Below are positions 28,801 to 37,254 of a DNA stretch of 64,000 nucleotides, piece after piece. Both the position numbers and the translations under genes were made by a program. How positions within the stretch are numbered: the first letter of the stretch is position 1; each line of letters begins with the position of its first letter. Origin of the DNA: an uncultured Planctomycetales bacterium (lineage in GTDB: Bacteria > Omnitrophota > Gorgyraeia > Zapsychrales > JBDRMG01). The notes beneath the pieces were generated by a model. That model ran no database searches. It worked only from the letters and a program-made list of their open reading frames with translations, and had not been told where the DNA came from. The stretch covers positions 2,250-66,249 of the forward strand of contig CAYZIY010000010.1 in assembly GCA_964478715.1 (NCBI GenBank), read 5' to 3'.

Positions 28801-30155
28801 GCTCTTCCAATATAAAAACATTTGTAAAAGGCGGAATCCATCCTCAGGACATGAAAATTTCCGCCGATCGACCGATTGAAAATCTTTCGGTCCCCCAAGC
28901 CGTAGCTGTTCCCGTATCGCAACATATCGGAAAACCGGCTATCCCTGTAGTCAAACCACAGGATGCGGTCAAGGTAGGGACGTTGATTGCCAAAGCAGAC
29001 GGTTTTATCTCAGCCAATATCCATAGTCCGGTATCCGGAACGATAGAGAGGATTGATCAAAGGCTGGATGTGACCGGCTATAAAAAAACCTGTATTACTG
29101 TTAAAACACAAGGGGATCAGTGGGAAGAAAGTATTGACAGATCACCGGATATCCAAAGAGATATTACTCTTTCGGCTTCCGATATTATCAAAAAAGTTCA
29201 GGAAGCAGGTATTGTCGGTTTGGGAGGCGCGACATTTCCTTCTCATGTTAAGCTTAATCCTCCAAAAGACAAGAAGGTAGAGTATGTGCTCATTAACGGA
29301 GCCGAATGCGAACCTTATCTCACTTCAGACCATCGCTTGATGATTGAAAAAACGGAAAAGATTCTGATTGGGACAAGAATCATTATGAGAACTTTGGATG
29401 TTCAAAAAGCTTACGTTGGCATTGAGGATAATAAACAAGATGCCATTGAGCGCATGCAAACGTTCTCAAAACAATATGAAGGAATCGAGGTGCGCACGCT
29501 TAAAACACTTTATCCACAAGGGGGCGAGCGTCAAATTATCAAGGCTTTTACGGGACGGGAGGTTCCACCGCCTCCAGCGGGTTTACCGCATGATGTTGGA
29601 TGCGCTGTCTTCAATGTGGCGACGACCAATGCTATTTATGAAGCTGTGCAAAAGAATAAACCTTTGATCGAAAGAGTCGTTTCGGTGACCGGGAAATCAG
29701 TTAATAATCCTGCCAACCTATTGGTTCGTTTCGGAACACCGCTGGAAGATTTAATTAATCACTGCGGCGGTTTTCCCTCAGATACAGGAAAAGTGCTTTG
29801 CGGCGGTCCCATGATGGGGCGCTCTCTGTCGACTTTGAACATTCCTTTCACCAAGGGGATGTCCGGAATCGTTTTTATCCCAAAGGATGAAGCCGGTCGT
29901 AAAGAAATATTAAATTGTATTCGGTGCGCGAAATGTGTTTCGGTCTGCCCCTTAGGTTTAGAACCTTATATGCTGATGGCCTACACGGAAAAGGGGATGA
30001 TCGATAAAGCCTGGAAAAGGAAGATCGCCAGTTGCTGTGAATGCGGATGTTGCAGCTATATCTGTCCGTCTAACAGGCCTTTATTGGATTATTTAAAATT
30101 AGGAAAGTCTATTGTTAACGCCAAAATAAGAGAGAAGAAAAAGACGCGTGGTTGA
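28797..30155 (+). CDS. rnfC: Rnf complex subunit C
   Basis: GLGGATFPSHVKL, CIRCAKCVSVCP and CCECGCCSYICP ferredoxin motifs. Confidence 0.85.
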   Translation: MSSSNIKTFVKGGIHPQDMKISADRPIENLSVPQAVAVPVSQHIGKPAIPVVKPQDAVKVGTLIAKADGFISANIHSPVSGTIERIDQRLDVTGYKKTCITVKTQGDQWEESIDRSPDIQRDITLSASDIIKKVQEAGIVGLGGATFPSHVKLNPPKDKKVEYVLINGAECEPYLTSDHRLMIEKTEKILIGTRIIMRTLDVQKAYVGIEDNKQDAIERMQTFSKQYEGIEVRTLKTLYPQGGERQIIKAFTGREVPPPPAGLPHDVGCAVFNVATTNAIYEAVQKNKPLIERVVSVTGKSVNNPANLLVRFGTPLEDLINHCGGFPSDTGKVLCGGPMMGRSLSTLNIPFTKGMSGIVFIPKDEAGRKEILNCIRCAKCVSVCPLGLEPYMLMAYTEKGMIDKAWKRKIASCCECGCCSYICPSNRPLLDYLKLGKSIVNAKIREKKKTRG

Positions 30156-31137
30156 AAATAAAAAACTAATCGTTACACTGGCTCCGCACGTTCAAGGACA
30201 ATATTCCGTAAAGAAGATGATGTGGTCAGTTATCTTGGCTTTGTTGCCGGCTTTAGCGGTATCTATTGCGGTTTTCGGATTTCGCGCTTTAGAGATTGTC
30301 CTTTATTCGGTAATTTGCTGCATTTTATGCGAATATATAATCCAACGGTTTCTACTCAAGGTCAAGTCTAGTATTCATGACGGATCTGCGGTTATTACCG
30401 GAATTCTTTTGGCCTACAATGTTCCTAGCAGTATTCCGCTGTGGATGATTCTTGTCGGGGCTATTGTTGCCATTGGAATCGGGAAAATGTCTTTTGGCGG
30501 CTTGGGAAATAATCCCTTCAATCCGGCTTTAGTCGGACGTGTATTTTTGCTGATTTCATTTCCTGTGGCCATGACCTCATGGCCCAAACCATTTGCTTAT
30601 CGCTTTGCTATAGACGGCATCACCGCGGCCACTCCCCTGGGCATTCTCAAAGAAGGTATGAAAAACCAGGTGCCGGTATCAGCGATTATGAACAAAGTAC
30701 CAAGTTATGTTGATCTTTTTATCGGACGTGTCGGTGGTTGCATCGGAGAGATCTCTGCTTTGGCTCTCTTGATCGGTTTCGTCTATCTGATTTTTAAAAA
30801 AGTCATTACCTGGCATATTCCCGTAGCGGTGTCGGGTGGGATTTTCTTCTTTAGCGGTATTCTTTGGCTGATGGATCCTAGAAATTTTGCTGATCCCCTT
30901 TTTCAGATATTGACCGGTGGTGTTATGCTAGGAGCAATTTTTATGGCTACCGATTATGTGACATCGCCGATGACACCTAAAGGCATGCTGATTTTTGGTT
31001 TAGGAATAGCTTTATTGACAGTTTTGATCAGAACATTCGGTACTTATCCGGAAGGTGTTTCCTTTGCTATTTTAATCATGAATGCTTTTGTTCCATTGAT
31101 CGATCAACATTGTCCGCCGCAGAGATTCGGAGAATAA
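30148..31137 (+). CDS. rnfD: Rnf complex subunit D
   Basis: Polytopic membrane protein with GGLGNNPFNPAL and the ATP(L)G region typical of RnfD/NqrB. Confidence 0.85.
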   Translation: MVENKKLIVTLAPHVQGQYSVKKMMWSVILALLPALAVSIAVFGFRALEIVLYSVICCILCEYIIQRFLLKVKSSIHDGSAVITGILLAYNVPSSIPLWMILVGAIVAIGIGKMSFGGLGNNPFNPALVGRVFLLISFPVAMTSWPKPFAYRFAIDGITAATPLGILKEGMKNQVPVSAIMNKVPSYVDLFIGRVGGCIGEISALALLIGFVYLIFKKVITWHIPVAVSGGIFFFSGILWLMDPRNFADPLFQILTGGVMLGAIFMATDYVTSPMTPKGMLIFGLGIALLTVLIRTFGTYPEGVSFAILIMNAFVPLIDQHCPPQRFGE

Positions 31138-31138
31138 G

Positions 31139-31720
31139 ATGTCTAAAAGAAAATCCAATTTCAGCAATATGACTATCACTATGACATCGGTTGCCTTCAT
31201 AGCCTCTTTGGCTTTGGGTTTTGTTTATGAAAGAACAAAAGAGCCTATTGAAAAATCTGTTTTGCAAAGAAAGATTCGCGCTATTCGTCAGGTTGTTCCC
31301 GTATTTGATAACAATCCCATTGAAGAGAAGAAGACGGTTGGTGATGCTGAGGGGTCGTTTGTTTTTTATCCGGCCAAAAAAGACGGTTCCCTGGTTGGCA
31401 TGGCTGTTGAATCTTCTTCAGAACATGGATTCAGCGGGACTATCCGCATTATAGTCGGATTTTTACCCGATGGGACCATTGAAAATATCGCCGTTGTGGA
31501 ACATAGGGAAACGCCGGGCCTTGGTGATAAAATCGAAGCAAAAAAATCTGATTTCATTGATCAGTTCAGAAAGAAAAATCCGGCTACGTTTCAATTGAGC
31601 CTTGAGAAAGATGGGGGAGATGTAGACGCCATTACGGCAGCGACATATAGCTCAAGGGCGTTTTGTGAAGCCGCTAAAAGAGCTTATGAGGCTTATAGAA
31701 AACAAAGGATGCGGGAATGA
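31139..31720 (+). CDS. rnfG: Rnf complex subunit G (FMN-binding)
   Basis: N-terminal [18 protein letters not shown]-attachment motif. Confidence 0.85.
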   Translation: MSKRKSNFSNMTITMTSVAFIASLALGFVYERTKEPIEKSVLQRKIRAIRQVVPVFDNNPIEEKKTVGDAEGSFVFYPAKKDGSLVGMAVESSSEHGFSGTIRIIVGFLPDGTIENIAVVEHRETPGLGDKIEAKKSDFIDQFRKKNPATFQLSLEKDGGDVDAITAATYSSRAFCEAAKRAYEAYRKQRMRE

Positions 31721-32304
31721 ATCATTGGCAAAATTTCACGAAAGGTTTCTTAAAGGAAAATCCTGTTTTTATCCTTCTTCTGGGCTTGTGTCCGACACTG
31801 GGCGTGACCACAACCGCCATCAATGGAATCGGAATGGGATTAGCGACAACTTTTGTTTTGGTGATGTCAAATATTGTTATATCAATTATTAAAAATCTTA
31901 TCCCTGATAAGGTAAGAATCCCTTGCTTTATCGTCATCATTGCTTCATTTGTAACGATTGTTGATCTGATTATGGCGGCCTATTTTTCACATTTGCACGA
32001 ACAACTGGGATTATTCATACCTTTGATCGTGGTCAACTGTATTATTTTAGGAAGGGCCGAAGCTTTTGCCTCAAAGCATAATTTTACGTCTTCTGTAATT
32101 GATGGGCTGGGAATGGGCCTTGGATTTTCTTTTGCTGTCACATTACTTGGATCAGCGCGCGAATTATTGGGAAGCGCAAGTTTTTTTAATAACAAACTCG
32201 TTTCAAGTGATGGTATGCTTTTGTTTATCCTGCCTCCCGGGGCCTTTATTGTGCTGGGGTATCTGATTGCCATTGTTAATAGAATCAATCGAGGACAACG
32301 CTGA
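31717..32304 (+). CDS. rnfE: Rnf complex subunit E
   Basis: NqrD/RnfE-family 6-TM protein: [34 protein letters not shown]. Confidence 0.85.
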   Translation: MNHWQNFTKGFLKENPVFILLLGLCPTLGVTTTAINGIGMGLATTFVLVMSNIVISIIKNLIPDKVRIPCFIVIIASFVTIVDLIMAAYFSHLHEQLGLFIPLIVVNCIILGRAEAFASKHNFTSSVIDGLGMGLGFSFAVTLLGSARELLGSASFFNNKLVSSDGMLLFILPPGAFIVLGYLIAIVNRINRGQR

Positions 32305-32879
32305 TGGAATATTTCTTAATTATTATTTCGGCCATTTTTGTCAATAACATAGTCCTGAACAGATTCTTGGGCATATGCCCGTTTTTGGGAGTTTCTAACA
32401 AAACAACGAGCTCAATCGGCATGAGTGCGGCGGTTTGCTTTGTTATGACTTTAGCAACGGTTGTCACCTATTTGATTTATCATTATATTCTGATCCCTTA
32501 CGACATTCGTTTTATGCAGACGATTGTCTATATTCTTGTAATCGCTTCTTTAGTTCAGATGGTGGAAATCATCATTCGCAAAGTCAGCCCTGCCTTGTAT
32601 CAGGCTCTCGGTGTATATTTGCCGCTCATTACGACCAATTGCGCTATTTTAGGTGTTGCGATTCTGGTCATTCAAAAACAGTTCAACTTAATTGAAAGTA
32701 CGGTTTTTGCTTTTGCGACTGCTGTTGGTTTTGGACTGGCCTTAATGGTTTTTTCATCGATTCGAGAACATCTTGACACATTGGATATCCCTGAATCTAT
32801 GAAGGGTGCTCCTATTGCGCTTATTGTCGCCGGTCTTTTGTCCTTAGCCTTTATGGGTTTTGCCGGTCTTATTCGATAG
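32304..32879 (+). CDS. rnfA: Rnf complex subunit A
   Basis: NqrE/RnfA-family 6-TM protein: LGICPFLGVS, LGVYLPLITTNCAILGVA. Confidence 0.85.
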   Translation: MEYFLIIISAIFVNNIVLNRFLGICPFLGVSNKTTSSIGMSAAVCFVMTLATVVTYLIYHYILIPYDIRFMQTIVYILVIASLVQMVEIIIRKVSPALYQALGVYLPLITTNCAILGVAILVIQKQFNLIESTVFAFATAVGFGLALMVFSSIREHLDTLDIPESMKGAPIALIVAGLLSLAFMGFAGLIR

Positions 32880-32897
32880 CAGGAAAGCTCATCCCTC

Positions 32898-33929
32898 ATG
32901 CCAGAAGACAGTTTTCAAAAAGATTATCTTGCTAGATATGCGACTTACAATCCAGATGGAAGTATAACCTGCACGCTTTGCCCAAGGGGTTGTGTTATTA
33001 AAGAAGGGAAAAGAGGATTCTGTTTTGTTCGAAAAAACGTAAACGGAAAAATAGTTCTGACCGCATACGGACAAAGCAGTGGTTTTGCTATTGATCCGAT
33101 TGAAAAGAAACCGCTTTATCATTTTCTGCCCGGATCAAAAACATTGTCTTTTGGAACAGCGGGATGCAACTTAGCTTGTGAATTTTGTCAAAATTGGAAT
33201 TTAAGCCGTGCCGAAACAACCCAGCGTATGAGCGAACGCGCATCGCCTGAAATGATCGCCCAAGCGGCCCGGAAATTCGATTGTCGAAGCGTGGCCTTTA
33301 CCTACAATGATCCCGTTATTTTTCTAGAATACGCTGTCGATGCTGCCAAAGAGTGTCATGCGGCCGGCATTGGGACAGTCGCTGTCACAGCCGGGTATAT
33401 CAATTCCGCAGCTCGGGAAGAATTCTTTGAGCACATCGATGCCGTTAATGTTGATTTAAAATCAATCCGAGAAGAATTTTACAAAAAAATGACCAAAGGA
33501 CATCTTCAGCCTGTTCTGGATACCTTGATTTACATAAAGAAGAAGAAGAAAACGTGGCTTGAGATTACGAATCTTCTGATTCCTGAGAAAAATGATTCCG
33601 AGAAGGAAATAATCCAGATGTGCCAATGGATCATTGATCAACTGGGAAAGGATATTCCCCTGCACTTTAGTGCTTTTCACCCCGATTACAAATTATTAGA
33701 TGCGTCTGCCACGACGGTGGAGACATTGAGAAATGCGAGGGAAATTGCTTTATCTAAGGGCATTCGATATGTATATTGCGGAAACATCTCTATGGAAGAA
33801 GGGTCTGATACCCATTGCCATAAATGTCGGGAAGTGCTGATTTCTCGCGATTGGTTTGATGTTACGCAATGTCATCTTAAGCAGGGGAAATGCCCTAAGT
33901 GTCAAACACCTTTACCGGGAATTTTTTAG
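32898..33929 (+). CDS. AmmeMemoRadiSam-system-type radical SAM enzyme (PFL-activase-like)
   Basis: N-terminal CTLCPRGCVIKEGKRGFCFVR, DPIEKKPLYHFLPGS, FGTAGCNLACEFCQNW (CxxxCxxC) closely match the TIGR04337 family pattern as I recall it. Confidence 0.65.
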   Translation: MPEDSFQKDYLARYATYNPDGSITCTLCPRGCVIKEGKRGFCFVRKNVNGKIVLTAYGQSSGFAIDPIEKKPLYHFLPGSKTLSFGTAGCNLACEFCQNWNLSRAETTQRMSERASPEMIAQAARKFDCRSVAFTYNDPVIFLEYAVDAAKECHAAGIGTVAVTAGYINSAAREEFFEHIDAVNVDLKSIREEFYKKMTKGHLQPVLDTLIYIKKKKKTWLEITNLLIPEKNDSEKEIIQMCQWIIDQLGKDIPLHFSAFHPDYKLLDASATTVETLRNAREIALSKGIRYVYCGNISMEEGSDTHCHKCREVLISRDWFDVTQCHLKQGKCPKCQTPLPGIF

Positions 33930-33932
33930 GCA

Positions 33933-34703
33933 ATGAAAAGGATTATCAGCTGGAATGTTAACGGAATCCGAGCTATCCTGAAAAAGGGATTTATCAGCTG
34001 GCTCATGAAAGAGAACCCCGATATTCTTTGCTTGCAGGAAACGAAGGCCGATCCTGAGCAGTTAAGTAATGATTTGCTTAGACCTTACGGCTACTATTCT
34101 TATTGGAACACAGCCGAGAAAAAAGGCTATAGTGGTGTTTGCATTTACTCAAAACAAGAGCCGGTTTCTGTCAAAAAGGGATTAGGGATAAAAGAATTCG
34201 ACATCGAAGGCCGGCAGCTCGAGCTTGACTTCAAAAAATTTGTTTTAATCAATACTTATTTCCCCAATGGGGGAAAGGGTAATATCAGGGTTCCTTATAA
34301 GATGAGGTATTATGAAGCTTTTCTAAAAAGGATCAAAAAATTAAGCAAACAAAGAAGGGAGATTATCTTCTGTGGCGATATCAATACGGCGCACAAGGAG
34401 ATGGATTTGGCGCGTCCCAAACAGAATGAAAAGAATACCGGTTTCTTGCCCGAAGAAAGAGCCTGGATCTCGCAAGTGGTCTCCAAGGGATTCATTGATA
34501 CCTTTCGGCATTTCTGCTCAGATCCCTGTCATTATACCTGGTGGGATTATAAGACAAGTGCTCGCAAGCGAAACGTTGGTTGGCGTCTCGATTATTTTTT
34601 TATTTCATCAAATCTGTTGCCAAATCTTAGAAATGCCATTATTCTAAAAGACGTGATGGGTTCCGACCATTGCCCCATCGCCATTACACTCGATAAAATA
34701 TGA
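33933..34703 (+). CDS. xth: exodeoxyribonuclease III (AP endonuclease, EEP family)
   Basis: ISWNVNGIRA, LCLQETK, CGDINTAH, WDYK, GSDHCPI. Confidence 0.85.
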   Translation: MKRIISWNVNGIRAILKKGFISWLMKENPDILCLQETKADPEQLSNDLLRPYGYYSYWNTAEKKGYSGVCIYSKQEPVSVKKGLGIKEFDIEGRQLELDFKKFVLINTYFPNGGKGNIRVPYKMRYYEAFLKRIKKLSKQRREIIFCGDINTAHKEMDLARPKQNEKNTGFLPEERAWISQVVSKGFIDTFRHFCSDPCHYTWWDYKTSARKRNVGWRLDYFFISSNLLPNLRNAIILKDVMGSDHCPIAITLDKI

Positions 34704-35350
34704 CAAAATCAATCGAAAAAATCAAAAATCGACTCGAGACGATCGGCGAAGATCCTTTCCGGCGACATGTCTTAGAAACAGCATTGAAATTTAGAACATC
34801 CTGGATTGAATTGGGACGTTCGCTGTTTTCCGTTTACAAGGATAAAAAATACCGCGAGTGGGGTTATCAAACGTTTGAGATCTATATCGTTAAAGAAATC
34901 GGTATCCGCAAGCAAACGTCAATGAAGCTGCTTCGAAGTTATTCCTTCCTAGAAAAGGAAGAGCCGCAGATTTTAAGCCATGTACAGCACGGAGATGTCA
35001 AGACCCACCATTTTCCGGACTATGAATCGATCGATATTCTCAGGCAGGCCAAGAATAAAAATATCGATAAAGATGATTATGTGTCTCTTAAAGAAAAGAT
35101 ATTTCTTAAAGGAAAAGATGCCAAGGAAATCAGGAAAGATTTAACTACCTTGATCAGAGAGCGCGAAGAGATGACACCTCAAGAGGCCTTTGAGAAAAAG
35201 AGCTCTGTACAGATCAGGAGAGTGATCTCAGTGCTCAAAAGCTTAAGCCGTGAGATTGAAACCTCCCAGATCATCCCCCATAAGTATATTCAAACGATCA
35301 AAAAATTAATTGCAGATATATCAAGTATTTCTCAAAGCAAGGAAGAGTAA
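34700..35350 (+). CDS. hypothetical protein; N-terminal region weakly resembles DUF1016 (YhcG) N-terminal domain, no nuclease domain
   Basis: TSWIELGRSL...YREWGYQTFEIYIVKEIGIRKQTSMKLLRSYSFL resembles the LYWEIGRRI...FS..NL..MR.FY pattern; remote. 4-nt overlap with xth. Confidence 0.3.
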   Translation: MTKSIEKIKNRLETIGEDPFRRHVLETALKFRTSWIELGRSLFSVYKDKKYREWGYQTFEIYIVKEIGIRKQTSMKLLRSYSFLEKEEPQILSHVQHGDVKTHHFPDYESIDILRQAKNKNIDKDDYVSLKEKIFLKGKDAKEIRKDLTTLIREREEMTPQEAFEKKSSVQIRRVISVLKSLSREIETSQIIPHKYIQTIKKLIADISSISQSKEE

Positions 35351-35355
35351 AGAAG

Positions 35356-36261
35356 ATGAAAAAATTGCTGATATCTTTGATGGTCGTCTTTTTGATTTGG
35401 GGCACAGTCTTGGCGCAAGAAAAACTTGAGCCCCCGCAAGAAGGAGCTATACAGACCTATTATCCTGATGGCCAATTGAAAGAAGAAGTTTTTTATCAAT
35501 CGGGAAAGCTTCACGGACAAGCTAAAAAATATTTTAAAAACGGAACTGTCCATCAGGAGGCTGCATTTGAAAAGGGTGAGCTTGTTGGAATAGGCAGAGT
35601 ATATTATCCGACAGGAATTATCAAAAACGAGTATCAGTATAAAGATGGAAAAGTTCATGGTATTAAGCAATATGACGAAGCTGGCAAACTGATAAGCAAT
35701 ACATTTAAAGAGAAACCTAGAGAAGGCGAGCTTATCCAGGGAAGAGATAGGGTCTGGGGCCAAGAATCAACGGTCATCACTTTAAAGGGATCCGGGTCTC
35801 AAGCCGAGACAATGGAAGATTTTTTTAACAATTTTGAGCAGCCCTCCGGCGAGAAGCAGGTTGAAATGCTAGTCAAGAAATACTCCAAAGAGTATAGAAA
35901 AATTATGAAAGAAAATCCCTGGCTGGTTTATGCTGTTCTTTTTGTGGTAATATTTGGATACTTAATCATCAGGGTGCCGGTTTATTTACTCGCCCAGAAA
36001 ACGGGAAACGGATCAGCCGGATGGTTGGCCTTCTTGCCGGTTTTTGATATGCTTCTAATTCTCTGGATGGGTCAAAAAAGCGGGTGGTGGATACTCGTTT
36101 CTCTGGTCCCGCTTGTAGGGCCTCTCATTTTGCTTATTCTCTATATTATCTGTTGGGTTGTTATTGCCGAGACGAGAGGCAAGCCGGCCTGGGTTGGATT
36201 GCTGGTCATCATTCCGGTGATTGGATTCTTTGTGAAGTGGTATCTTGCGATCGCGGATTAG
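35356..36261 (+). CDS. signal-peptide protein with MORN/YwqK-type repeats and C-terminal PLDc_N-like double TM domain
   Basis: Repeats YYPDGQLKEEVFYQSGKLHGQAKKYFKNGTV.../YYPTGIIKNEYQYKDGKVHG. C-terminal GWWILVSLVPLVGPLILLILYIICW and WVGLLVIIPVIGFFVKWYL resemble the PLDc_N motif (W.L....P..G...Y). Confidence 0.45.
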   Translation: MKKLLISLMVVFLIWGTVLAQEKLEPPQEGAIQTYYPDGQLKEEVFYQSGKLHGQAKKYFKNGTVHQEAAFEKGELVGIGRVYYPTGIIKNEYQYKDGKVHGIKQYDEAGKLISNTFKEKPREGELIQGRDRVWGQESTVITLKGSGSQAETMEDFFNNFEQPSGEKQVEMLVKKYSKEYRKIMKENPWLVYAVLFVVIFGYLIIRVPVYLLAQKTGNGSAGWLAFLPVFDMLLILWMGQKSGWWILVSLVPLVGPLILLILYIICWVVIAETRGKPAWVGLLVIIPVIGFFVKWYLAIAD

Positions 36262-36422
36262 AAACGACTTCTACTTTTTTCTTCAACAGTTTCTTTCTCA
36301 CTCTTATTTTGATCCATCTTGGAAATGCCATAGAAAATAACCGCTGAAACTAAAACCGCTGGAATCAAAAAGCCCAAAATCAAACCCGGAATAAGAATAT
36401 CTTTTTTCTTTGTTGTTGGCAT
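36258..36422 (-). CDS. small 54-aa single-TM protein (below the 60-aa ORF cutoff)
   Basis: Minus-strand ATG at 36422. MPTTKKKDILIPGLILGFLIPAVLVSAVIFYGISKMDQNKSEKETVEEKSRSRF. Stop overlaps the stop of the convergent 35356-36261 gene. Confidence 0.3.
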   Translation of the reverse strand: MPTTKKKDILIPGLILGFLIPAVLVSAVIFYGISKMDQNKSEKETVEEKSRSRF

Positions 36423-36488
36423 AACTGCATCCTTTTAAGAATATTATATTGCAAAAAGCATTAAGCCGAAACTCTTTATTTGTAAATT

Positions 36489-36710
36489 ATGGATAAGATT
36501 TTAATTAAGAAAGGTGACACAACAGATGAGGGCGCAGATGCCATCGTCAATGTGCCGCCAATGCAGGGCTTAAACGAGGCGGGGTGTTGACGGCGCTATT
36601 TGACGATCCGCAGGGCCTTCGGTGTCGAATGAGTGTTAAAAAATAGGTTATTGCGAAACAGGCGGAGCTGTGACTGCTTAAGCAGGTCAATTGAAGGCCA
36701 AGATCATTAG
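36489..36710 (+). pseudogene. macro-domain (O-acetyl-ADP-ribose deacetylase / YmdB-like) gene remnant disrupted by frameshifts and stops
   Basis: Frame 1: MDKILIKKGDTTDEGADAIVNVPPMQGLNEAGC*. Shifted frames then give RRGVDGAI*, RSAGPSVSNEC*, KIGYCETGGAVTA*AGQLKAKIISYI, together recapitulating the macro pattern ADAIVNAAN..L.GGGGVDGAIHRAAGP...GGCPTGEAKIT.G..LPAKYVIHTV. Confidence 0.5.
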
Positions 36711-36744
36711 TTATATCAAGAGTTGAAAGACAGGGAGCAATGAA

Positions 36745-37254
36745 ATGAGGGAAACATTCATGGCTGTAACGATAAGCATTCTGTTAATCGTTTCGGCATA
36801 CGCGCAAAAAGGAGGTGGGGAAATGAAATTAACGAGTCCGGCCTTTGGGCACAATGAAATGATTCCGAAGAAATATACTTGTCAGGGTGATGATATTTCA
36901 CCGCCTTTAACTATTAAAAATATTCCAGCGGAAACAAAAAACCTGGCTCTTGTCATCGATGATCCCGACGCGCCGATGGGGACCTGGGATCACTGGATCG
37001 TTTACAACATTGATCCTGCAGAGGAAATTAAAGAAAACTCGATTCCTGGAGTGGAAGGTCACAATTCTTTCGGACGGCTTCATTATGGGGGTCCGTGCCC
37101 ACCCAGCGGAACACATCGATATTTTCATAAAATATATGCCTTGGATGAAAAAATGGACTTGCCGGAAGGGATTTCAAAATCTCAACTAGAAAACAAAATG
37201 CAAGATCATATTCTTGATCAGGCTGAATTAATTGGCCTTTATCGAAAAAATTAA
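36745..37254 (+). CDS. YbhB/YbcL-family PEBP (Raf-kinase-inhibitor-like) protein with signal peptide
   Basis: LALVIDDPDAPMGTWDHWIVYNI, HRYFHKIYALD. Confidence 0.7.
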   Translation: MRETFMAVTISILLIVSAYAQKGGGEMKLTSPAFGHNEMIPKKYTCQGDDISPPLTIKNIPAETKNLALVIDDPDAPMGTWDHWIVYNIDPAEEIKENSIPGVEGHNSFGRLHYGGPCPPSGTHRYFHKIYALDEKMDLPEGISKSQLENKMQDHILDQAELIGLYRKN

